Part shown: piece after piece, positions 26,601 to 39,135 of the stretch
Numbering within the stretch: the stretch's first letter is position 1
How the letters are laid out: every line of letters begins with the position of its first letter
Assembly (NCBI RefSeq): GCF_009914755.1
Contig: NC_060933.1
Strand: one strand, 5' to 3'
DNA from: the human T2T-CHM13v2.0 reference genome, Homo sapiens
Length of the DNA: 64,000 nucleotides
Program-made: the position numbers and the translations under genes
Notes under the pieces: model-generated
What the model was told of the DNA's origin: nothing
The model's input: the letters and a program-made list of their open reading frames with translations, nothing else
The model's database searches: none

Positions 26601-29600
26601 TGAATCCGAATGGAATGGAATGGAATGGAAAGGAATGGAATGGAATGGAATGGAATGGAATGGAATGCAATGCCATGGAATCAACCCGAGTGAAATCGAA
26701 TGGAATTGAATGGAATGGAATGCAATGGAATGGATTCAACTTGAATGGAATGGAAAGAATGGAATCAACACGAGTGGAATGGCATGGATTGGAATGGAAT
26801 GGAATGGAATCAACCCGTGTACAGGGGAATGGAATGGAATGGAATGCAATGGAATGGAATCATCCGTAATGGAATGGAAAGGAATGGAATGTAATCGGAT
26901 GGAATGCAGTGGAATGGAATGGAATCAACTCGATTGCTATCGAATGGAATGGAATGGAATTAACCCGAATAGAATGGAATGGAATGGAATGGAATGGAAC
27001 GGAAAGGAACGGAACGGAATGGAATGGAATGGAATGGAATGGAATGGAATGGAATGGAATGGTATGGAATAGAATTGAATGGAATGGAATGGTATGGAAT
27101 AGAATGGAATGGAAAGAAATGGAATGGAATGGAATGGAATGGAATGGAATGGAATGGAATGGAATGGAATCGTTCCGAGTGGAATAGGAGGGAATGTATT
27201 CGAGTGGATTGGAAAGGAATGGAATCAACCAGAGTGGAATGGAAGGGAATGGAATGGAATGGAAACTAATAGAATGGAATCAACCCGAGTGGAATGGAAT
27301 GGAAAGGACTGGAATGGAATGGAATGGAATGGAATGGAATGGAATCAACTCGATTGTAATGGAATGGAATGGAATGGAATGGAATGGAATGGAATGGAAT
27401 GGAATTAACCCAAATACAATGGAATGGAATGGAATGGAACGGAATGGACTGGAATGGAATGGAATCAACCCGAGTGCAGGGGAATGGAATGGAATGGAAT
27501 GCAATGGAATGGAATCATCCGGAATGGAATGGAATGGAATGGAAAGCAAAGCAATGGAATCAACTCGATAGCAATGGAATAGAATGGACTGGAAAGGAAT
27601 ACATTGGAATCAACCCGAGTGGAATGGAATGGAAAGGACTGGAATGGAGTGGAATGGAATGGAATGGAATGGAATGGAATCAACTCGATTGGAATGGAAT
27701 GGAATGGAATGGAATGGAATGGAATGGAATTAACCCGAATAGAATGGAATGGAATTAAATGGAACGGAACGGAAAGAAATGGGATGGAATGGAATGGAAT
27801 GGAATGGAATGGAATGGAATCAACCCGACTGCAGGGGAATGGAATGGAATGGAATGCAATGGAATGGATTCAACTTGAATGGAATGGAAAGAATGGAATC
27901 AACACGAGTGGAATGGCATGGATTGGAATGGAATGGAATGGAATCAACCCGAGTACAGGGGAATGGAATGGAATGGAATGCAATGGAATGGAATCATCCG
28001 TAATGGAATGGAAAGGAATGGAATGGAATGGAATGGAATGGAATGGAATGGAATGGAATCAACTCGATTGCAATTGAATGGAATGGAATGGAAATAACCC
28101 GAATAGAATGGAATGGAATGGAATGGAACGGAACGGAATGGAATGGAATGGAATGCAATGGAACGGAACGGAATGGAATGGAATGGAATGGAATGGAATG
28201 GAATGGAATCAACGCGAGTGCAATGGAATGGAGTGGAATGGAATGGAATGGAATGGAACAACCCGAATGGAATGGAATGTAATGGAGAGTAAGGGAGTTG
28301 AATAGAATAATTCCGAATGTAATGGAATGGAATGGAACGGAATGGAATTGAATGGAATGGAATGGAATGCAATGGAATGGAATCAACCCGAGTGCAATGG
28401 AATGGAGTGGAAAGGAATGGAAAGGAATGGAACAACCCGAATGGAATGCAATGTAATGGAGAGTAAGGGAGTTGAATACAATCAATCCGAATGGAATGGA
28501 ATGAAATTGAAAGTAAGGGAGTTGAATAGAATCAATCCGAATGTAATGGAATGGAATGGAACGGAATGGAATTGAATGGAATGGAATGGAATGCAATGGA
28601 ATGGAATCAACCCGAGTACAATGGAATGAAATGGAATGGAATGGAATGGAATGGAATGGAATGGAATGGAATTGAATGGAATGGCTTCAAACCGAATGGA
28701 ATGGAAAGGAATGGAAACAACACGAGTGGAATGGAATGGAATGGAATGGAATGGAATGGAATGCTACGGAATAGAATGGAATGGAACGAAATGGAATGGA
28801 ATGGAATGGAATGGAATGGAATGGAATTGTTACGAGTGGATTAAGAGGGAATGTATTCGAGTGGAATGGAAAGGAGTGGAATCAACCAGAGAGGAATGGA
28901 AGGGAATGGAATGGAATGGAAACTAATAGAATGGAATCCACCCGAGTGGAATGGAATGGAAAGGACTGGAATGGAGTGGAATCTAATGGAATGGAATGGA
29001 ATCAAATCGATTGGAATGGAATGGAATGGAATGGAATGGAATCAACTCTATTGCAATGGAATGGAATGGAATGGAATGGAATGGAATGGAATGGAATGGA
29101 ATGGAATTAACCCGAATAGAATGGAATGGAATGGAGTGGAACGGAATGTAATGGAATGGAATGGAATCAACCCGAGTGCAGGGGAATGGAATCGAATGGA
29201 ATGCGATGGAATGGAATCATCCCGAATGGAATGGAATGGAATGGAATATAATGGAATGGAATTAACACGAATAGAAAGGAATGGAATGGAATGGAATGGA
29301 ACGGAAAGAATGGAGTGGAATGGAATGGAATCAACCCGAGTGCAGGGGAATGGAATGGAATGGAATGCAAATAAATGGAATCATATGTAATGGAATGGAA
29401 AGGAATGGAATCGAATGGAATGGAATGGAATGGAATGGAATCAACTCGATTGTAATCGAATGGAATGGAATGGAATTAACCCGAATAGAATGGAATGGAA
29501 TGGAATGGAACGGAACGGAATTGAATGGAATGGAATGGAATGGAATGGAATGGAATGGAACGGAAAGGAATGGAATGGAATGGAATGGAATGGAAAGGAA

Positions 29601-32600
29601 TGGAACGGAACGGAACGGAACGGAATGGAATGGAATGGAATGGAATCAACGCCAGTGCAGGGGAATGGAATGGAATGGAATGCAATGGAATGGAATCTTC
29701 CGGAATGGAATGGAATGGAATGGAATAGAATGGAATGGAATGGAATGGAATGGAATCAACCAGAGTACAAGGGAATGGAATGGAATGTAATGCAATGGAA
29801 TGGAATCATCCGTAATGGAATGGAATGGAATGGAATGGAATGGAATGGAATGGAATGGAATTAACTCGATTGCAATCGAATGGAATGGAAGGGAATTAAC
29901 CCAAATAGAATGGAATGGAATGGAACGGAACGGAACGGAACGGAATGGAATGGAATGGAATGGAACGGAACGGAACGGAACGGAATGGAATGGAATGGAA
30001 TGGAATGGAACGGAACGGAACGGAACGGAATGGAACGGAATGGAATGGAATGGAATGGAATGGAATCAACCCGAGTGCAGGGGAATGGAATGGAATGGAT
30101 TGCAATGGAATGGAATCTTCTGGAATGGAATGGAATGGAATGGACTGGAATGCAATGTATTCAACTCGATTGCAATGGAATGGAATAGAATGGAATGGAA
30201 TGGAATGGAATGGAATTAACCCGAATACAATGGAATGGAATGGAATGGAACGGAATGGAATGGAATGGTATGGAATGGAATGGAATGGAATGGAATGGTA
30301 TGGAATGGAATGTAATGGAACGCAATGCAATGGAATGGAATCATCAGGGATGGAATGGAATGGAATGGAATGGAATGGAATGGAATGGAATCAACCCGAG
30401 TGCAATGGAATGGAGTGGAATGGAATGGAATGGAATGGAACAACCCGAATGGAATGGAATGTAATGGAGAGTAAGGGAGTTGAATAGAATCAATCCGAAT
30501 TTAATGTAATGGAATGGAACGGAATGGAATGGAATGGAATGGAATGGAATGGAATGCAATGGAAAGAAATCAACCCGAGTACAATGGAATGGAATGGAAT
30601 GGAATGCAATGGAATGGAATGGAATGGAATGGAATGGAATGGAATCAACCCGAGTGCAATGGAATAGAGAGGAATGGAATGGAAAGGAATGGAAACTACC
30701 CGAATGGAGTGGAATGTAATGGAGTGTAAGGGAATTGAATAAAATCAATCCGAATGGAATGGAATGGAATGGAACGGAATGTAATGTAATGGAATGGAAT
30801 GGAATCAACCCGAGTGCAGGGGAATGGAATGGAATGGAAAGCAATGGAATGGAATCATCCGGAATGGAATGGAATGGAATGGAATCAACTACATTGCAAT
30901 GGAATGGAATCGAATGGAATGGAATAGAATGGAATGGAAGTAACCCGAATAGAATGGAATGCAATAGAATGGAATGCAATGGAACCGAATGGAGGTGAAT
31001 GGAATGGAATGGAATCAACCGGAGTACAGAGGAATGGAATGGAATGGAATGCAATGGAATGGAGTCATCCGTAATGGAATGGAAAGGAAAGGAATGGAAT
31101 GGAATGGAATGGAATGGAATGGAATGGAATGGAATCAACTCGATGGCAATCGAATGGAATGGAATGGAATTAACCCGAATAGAATTGAATGGAATGGAAT
31201 GGAACGGAACGGAATGGAATGGAATGGAATGGAACGGAACGGAACGGAATGGAATGGAATGGAATGGAATGGAATCAACGCGAGTACAGGGGAATGGAAT
31301 GGAATGGAATGCAATGGAATGGAATCTTCCGGAATGGAATGGAATGGAGTGGAATGGAATGAAAGGCAATGGATTCAACTCGATTGCAATGGAATGGAAT
31401 AGAATGGAATGGAATGGAATGGAATGGAATGGAATTGAATGGAATGGAATGTCTTCAAACCGAATGGAATAGAAAGGAATGGAATCAACACGAGTGGAAA
31501 GGAATGGAATGGAAAGGAATGGAATGGAATGGAATGGTACGGAATAGAACGGAATGGAACGAACTGGAATGGAATGGAATGGAATGGAATGGAATGGAAT
31601 CGTTCCGAGTGGAATAGCAGGGAATGTATTCGAGTGGAATGGAAAGGAATGGAATCAACCAGAGTGGAATGGAAGGGAATGGAATGGAATGGAAACTAAT
31701 AGAATGGAATCAACCCGAGTGGAATGGAATGGAAAGGACTGAAATGGAATGGAATGGAATGGAATGGAATGGAATCAACTCGATTGTAATGGAATGGAAT
31801 GGAATGGAATGGAATGGAATGGAATGGAATGGAAAGGAATTAACCCGAATACAATGGAATGGAATGGAATGGAAGGGAATGGAGTGGAAAGGAATGGAAT
31901 CAACCCGAGTGCAGGGGAATGGAATGAATGGAATGCAATGGAATGGAATCATCAGGAATGGAATGGAATGGAATGGAATGCAAAGCAATGGAATCAACTC
32001 GATTGCAATGGAATGGAATGGAATGGAAAGGAATACATTGGAATCAACCCGAGTGGAATGGAATGGAAAGGACTCGAATGGAGTGGAATGGAATGGAATG
32101 GAATGGAATGGAATCAACTCGATTGGAATGGAATGGAATGGAATGGAATGCAATGGAATTAACCCGAATAGAATGGAAAGGAATGGAATGGAACGGAACG
32201 GAACGGAACAGAATGGAATGGAATGGAATGGAATGGAATGGAATGGAATGGAATCAACCCGACTGCAGGGGAATGGAATGGAATGGAATGCAATGGAATG
32301 GATTCAACTTGAATGGAATGGAAAGAATGGAATCAACACTAGTGGAATGGCATGGATTGGAATGGAATTGAATGGAATCAACCCGAGTACAGGGGAATGG
32401 AATGGAATGGAATGCAATGGAATGGAATCATCCGTAATGGAATGGAAAGGAATGGAAAGGAATGGAATGGAATGGAATGGAATGGAATCAACATGATTGC
32501 AATCGAAAGGAATGGAATGGAATTAACCCGAATAGAATGGAATGGAATGGAATGCAATGGAACGGAATGGAATGGAATGGAATGGAACGGAACCGAACGG

Positions 32601-33239
32601 AATGGAATGGAATGGAATGGAATGGAATGGAATGGAATCAACGCGAGTGCAGGGGAATGGCATGCAACGGAATGCAATGGAATGGAATCTTCCGGAATGG
32701 AATGGAATGGAATGGAATGGAATGAAATGCAATGGATTCAACTCGATTGCAATGGAATGGAATAGAATGGAATGGAATGGAATGGAATGGGATTAACCCG
32801 AATAGAATGGAATGGAATGGAATGGAACGGAATGTAACGGAATGGAATGGAATGGAATGGAATGGAATGGAATGGAATGGTATGGAATGGAATGGAATGG
32901 TACGGAATAGAATGGAATGGAACGAATTGTAATGGAATGGAATTGAATGGAATGGAATGGAATGGAATTGAATCAATGCGAGTGCAGGGGAATGTAATGG
33001 AACGGAATGCAATGGAATGGAATCATCCGGAATGGAATGGAATGGAATGGAATGGAATGGAATCAACCCGAGTGCAATGGAATGGAGTGGAATGGAATGG
33101 AATGGAATGGAACAACCCGAATGGAATGGAATGTAATGGAGAGTAAGGGAGTTGAATAGAATCAATCCGAATGTAATGGAAGGGAATGCAACGGAATGGA
33201 ATGGAATGGAATGGAATGGAATGGAATGGAATGGAATGC

Positions 33240-33540
33240 AAAAGAATGGAATCAACCCGAGTGGAATGGCATGGAATGGAATGCAATGGATTGGAATGGA
33301 ATGGAATCAACTCGAGTGGAGAGGAATGGAATAGAATGGAAAGGAATGGAATGAAGTCAACTCGAGTGGAATGGAATGGAATGGAATGGATTGGAATGGA
33401 TTGCAATGGAATGAAATGGAATGGAATGGAATGGAATCAATCGTGGAAGGGAATGTAACGGAGTGGAAAGAAGGGAATGGAATCAACCCAAGTGGAATGC
33501 AAGGCAATGGAATGGAATGGAAAGGAATGGCATGGAATCA
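33240..33540 (+). repeat. Divergent HSat3 block (XhoI-site cluster, GAAGTCAACTCGAG, GAGTGGAAAGAAGGG, GCAAGGCAAT), copy 1
   Basis: These words were seen only here and at 38840-39135 (offsets 5603-5615). Confidence 0.85.
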
Positions 33541-36500
33541 ACTCGATTGCAATGGAATGGAATGTAATGGAATGGAATGGAATGGAATGGAATGGAATTA
33601 ACCGGAATAGAATGGAATGGAATGGAATGGAACGGAATAGAATGGAATGGAAGGGAATGGAATCAACACGAGTGCAGGGGAATGGAATGGAATGGAATGC
33701 AATGGAATGGAATCATCCGGAATGGAATGGAATGGAATGGAGTCAACTCCATTGCAATGGAATGGAATGGAATGGAATGGAATAGAATGGAATGGAATTA
33801 ACCCGAATAGAATGGAATGCAATAGAATGGAATGCAATGGAAACGAATGTAGTGGAATGGAATGGAATGGAATCAACCCGAGTACAGAGGAATGGAATGG
33901 AATGGAATGCAATGGAATGGACTCATCCGTAATGGAATGGAAAGGAATGGAATGTAATGGAATGGAATGGAATGGAATGGAATGGAATCAACTCGATGGC
34001 AATCGAATGGAATGGAATGGAATTAACCCGAATAGAATGGAATGGAATGGAATGGAACGGAACGGAATGGAAAGGAATGGAATGGAATGGAATGGAACGG
34101 AACGGAATGGAATGGAATGGAATGGAATGGAATGGAATGGAATCACCGCGAGTGCAGGGGAATGGAATGGAATGGAATGCAATGGAATGGAATCTTCCGT
34201 AATGGAATGGAATGGAATGGAATGAAAGGCAATGGATTCAACTCGATTGCAATGGAATGGAATAGAATGGAATGGAATGCAATGGAATGGAATGGAATTG
34301 AATGGAATGGAATGCCTTCAAACCGAATGGAATGGAAAGGAATGGAATCAACACGAGTGGAAAGGAATGGAATGGAAAGGAATGGAAAGGAATGGAATGG
34401 TACGGAATAGAACGGAATGGAACGAACTGGAATGGAATGGAATGGAATGGAATGGAATGGAATGGAATGGAATGGAATCGTTCCGAGTGGAATAGGAGGG
34501 AATGTATTCGAGTGGAATGGAAAGGAATGGAATCAACCAGAGTGGAATGGAAGGGAATGGAATGGAATGGAAACTAATAGAATGGAATCAACCCGAGTGG
34601 AATGGAATGGAAAGGACTGGAATGGAATGGAATGGAATGGAAATAACTCGATTGTAATGGAATGGAATGGAATGGAATGGAATGGAATGGAATTAACCCG
34701 AATACAATGGAATGGAATGGAATGGAACGGAATGGAGTGGAATGGAATGGAATCAACCCGAGTGCAGGGGAATGGAATGGAATGGAATGCAATGGAATGG
34801 AATCATCCGGAATGGAATGGAATGGAATGGAATGCAAAGCAATGGAATCAACTCGATTGCAATGGAATGGAATGGAATGGAAAGGAATACATTGGAATCA
34901 ACCCGAGTGGAATGGAATGGAAAGGACTGGAATGGAGAGGAATGGAATGGAATGGAATGGAATGGAATGGAATTAACCCGAATAGAATGGAAAGGAATGG
35001 AATGGAACGGAACGGAACGGAACGGAATGGAATGGAATGGAATGGAATGGAATGGAATGGAATGGAACGGAAACGAATGGAATGGAATGCAATGCCATGG
35101 AATCAACCCGATTGCAATCTAATGGAATCGAATGGAATGGAATGCAATGGAATGGATTCAACTTGAATGGAATGGAAAGAATGGAATCAACACGAGTGGA
35201 ATGGCATGGATTGGAATGAAATGGAATAGAATCAACCCGAGTACAGGGGAATGGAATGGAATGGAATGAAATGGAATGGAATCACCCGTAATGTAATGGA
35301 AAGGAATGGAATGGAATGGAATGGAATGGAATGGAACGGAATGCAATGGAATGGAATGAACCCGAGTGCAATCGAATGGAATCGAATGGAATGGAATGCA
35401 ATGGAATGGATTCAACTTGAATGGAATGGAAAGAATGGAATCAACACGAGTGGAATGGCATGGATTGGAATGGAATGGAATGGAATCAACCCGAGTACAG
35501 GGGAATGGAATGGAATGGAATGCAATGGAATGGAATCATCCGTAATGGAATGGAAAGGAATGGAATGGAATGGAATGGAATGGAATGGAATGGAATGGAA
35601 TCAACTCGATGGCAATCGAATGGAATGGAATGGAATTAACCCGAATAGAATGGAATGGAATGGAATGGAACGGAAGGGAATGGAATGGAATGGAATGGAA
35701 TGGAATGGAATGGAATGGAACGGAACGGAACGGAATGGAATGGAATGGAATGGAATGGAATGGAATCAACGCGAGTGCAGGGGAATGGAATGGAATGGAA
35801 TGCAATGGAATGGAATCTTCCGGAATGGAATGGAATGGAATGGAATGGAATGAAATGCAATGGATTCAACTCGATTGCAATGGAATGGAATAGAATGGAA
35901 TGGAATGGAATGCAATGGAATTAATCCGAATAGAATGGAATGGAATGGAATGGAACGGAATGGAACGGAATGGAATGGAATGGAATGGAATGGTATGGAA
36001 TGGAATGGAATGGTACGGAATAGAATGGAATGGAACGAATTGTAATGGAATGGAATTGAATGGAATGGAATGGAATGGAATGGAATCAACGCGATTGCAG
36101 GGGAATGGAGTGGAATGGAATGGAATGGAATGGAACAACCCGAATGGAGTGGAATGTAATGGAGAGTAAGGGAGTTGAATAGAATCAATCCGAATGTAAT
36201 GGAATGGAATGCAACGGAATGGAATGGAATGGAATGGAATGGAATGCAATGGAATTGAATCAACCCGAGTACAATGGAATGGAATGGAATGGAATGGAAT
36301 GGAATGGAATGATACGGAATAGAATGGAATGGAACGAAATGGAATGGAATGGAATGGAATGGAATGGAATGGAATCGTTCCGAGTGGAATAGGAGGGAAT
36401 GTATTCGAGTGGAATGGAAAGGAATGGTATCAACCAGAGTGGAATGGAAGGGAATGAAATGGAATGGAAACTAATAGAATGGAATCAACCCGAGTGGAAT

Positions 36501-38839
36501 GGAATGGAAAGGAATGGAATGGAATGGAATGGAATGGAATGGAATCAACTCGATTGTAATGGAATGGAATGGAATGGAATGGAATGGAATGGAATTAACC
36601 CGAATACAATGGAATGGAATGGAATTGAACGGAATGGAGTGGAATGGAATGGAATCAACCCGAGTGCAGGGGAATGGAATGGAATGGAATGCAATGGAAT
36701 GGAATCATCCGGAATGGAATGGAATGGAATGGAATGCAAAGCAATGGAATCAACTCGATTGCAATGGAATGGAATGGAATGGAAAGGAATACAATGGAAT
36801 CAACCCGAGTGGAATGGAATGGAAAGGGCTGGAATGGAGTGGAATGGAATGGAATGGAATGGAATGGAATCAACGCGATTGTAATGCAATGGAATGGAAT
36901 GGAATGGAATTAACCCGAATAGAATGGAATGGAATGGAATGGAAAGGAACGGAATGGAATGGAATGGAATGGAATGGAATGGAATGGAATGGAATCAACC
37001 CGACTGCAGGGGAATGGAATGGAATGGAATGCAATGGAATGGATTCAACTTGAATGGAATGGAAAGAATGGAATCAACACGAGTGGAATGGCATGGATTG
37101 GAATGGAATGGAATGGAATGAACCCGAGTACAGGGGATTGGAATGGAATGGAATGCAATGGAATGGAATCATCCGTGATGGAATGGAAAGAATGGAATGG
37201 AATGGAATGGAATGGAATGGAATGGAATCAACTCGATTGCAATCGAATGGAATGGAATGGAATTAACCCGAATAGAATAGAATGGAATGGAATGGAACGG
37301 AACGGAACGGAATGGAATGGAATGGAATGGAATGGAATGGAATGGAACGGAAAGGAATGGAATGGAATGGAATGGAATGGAATGGAATCAACGCGAGTGC
37401 AGGGGAATGGAATGGAATGGAATGCAATGGAATGGAATCTTCCGGAATGGAATGGAATGGAATGGAATGGAATGGAATGGAATAAACCCGAGTGCAATGG
37501 CATGGAGTGGAATGGAATGGAATGGAATGGAACAGCTCGAATGGAATGGAATGTAATGGAGAGTAAGGGAGTTGAATAGAATCAATCCGAATGTAATGGA
37601 ATGGAATGGAACAGAATGGAATTGAATGGAATGGAATGGAATGCAATGGAATGGAATCAACCCGAGTGCAATGGAATGGAGAGGAATGGAATGGAATGGA
37701 ATGGAAACTACCCGAATGGAATGGAATGTAATGGAGTGTAAGGGAATTGAATAGAATCAATCCGAAAGTAATGGAATGGAATGGAACGGAATGGAATGGA
37801 ATGGAATGGAATGGAATGGAATGGAATGCAATGGAATGGAATCAACCCGAGTGCAATCTAATGGAATCGAATGGAATGGAATGCAATGGAATGGATTCAA
37901 CTTGAATGGAATGGAAAGAATGGAATCAACACGAGTGGAAGGGCATGGATTGGAATGCAATGGAATGGAATCAACCCGAGTACAGGGGAATGGAATGGAA
38001 TGGAATGCAATGGAATGGAATCATCCGTAATGGAATGGAAAGGAACGGAATGGAATGGAATGGAATGGAATGGAATGGAATGGAATGGAATGGAATGGAA
38101 TCAACACGATTGCAATGGAATGGAATGGAATGGAATTAACCCGAATAGAATGGAATGGAATGGAATGGAACGGAACGGAATGGAATGGAATGGAATGGAA
38201 TGGAAAGGAACGGAACGGAACGGAATGGAATGGAATGGAATGGAATGGAATGGAATCAACGCGAGTGCAGGGGAATGGAATGGAATGGAATGCAATGGAA
38301 TGGAATATTCCGGAATGGAATGGAATGGAATGGAATGGAATGAAATGCAGTGGATTCAACTCGATTGCAATGGAATGGAATAGAATGGAATGGAATGGAA
38401 TGGAATGGAATTAACCCGAATAGAATGGAATGGAATGGAACGGAATGGAACGGAATGGAATGGAATGGAATGGAATGGAATGGAGTGGAATGGAATGGTA
38501 TGGAATGGAATGGAATGGTACGGAATAGAATGGAATGGAACGAATTGTAATGGAATGGAATTGAATGGAATGGAATGGAATGGAATGGAATCAACGCGAG
38601 TGCAGGGGAATGTAATGGAACGGAATGCAATGGAATGGAATCATCCGGAATGGAATGGAATGGAAAGGAATGGAATGGAATGGAATCAACCCGAGTGCAA
38701 TGGAATGGAGTGGAATGGAATGGAATGGAATGGAACAACCCGAATGGAATGGAATGTAATGGACAGTAAGGGAGTTGAATAGAATCAATCCGAATGTAAT
38801 GGAATGGAATGCAACGGAATGGAATGGAATGGAATGGAA

Positions 38840-39135
38840 TGCAAAGGAATGGAATCAACTCGAGTGGAATGGCATGGAATGGAATGCAATTGAATGGAAT
38901 GGAATGGAATCAACTCGAGTGGAAAGGAATGGAATGGAATGGAAAGGAATGGAATGAAGTCAACTCGAGTGGAATGGAATAGAATGGAATGGATTGGAAT
39001 GGATTGCAATGGAATGAAATGGAATGGAATGGAATGGAATCAATCATTCCGAGTGGAATGGAAGGGAAAGTAATAGAGTGGAAAGAAGGGAATGGAATCA
39101 ACCCGAGTGGAATGCAAGGCAATGGAATGGAATGG
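38840..39135 (+). repeat. Divergent HSat3 block, copy 2 (12 bp longer than copy 1)
   Basis: GAAGTCAACTCGAG at 38956 vs 33353, and GAGTGGAAAGAAGGG at 39076 vs 33461. Confidence 0.85.
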
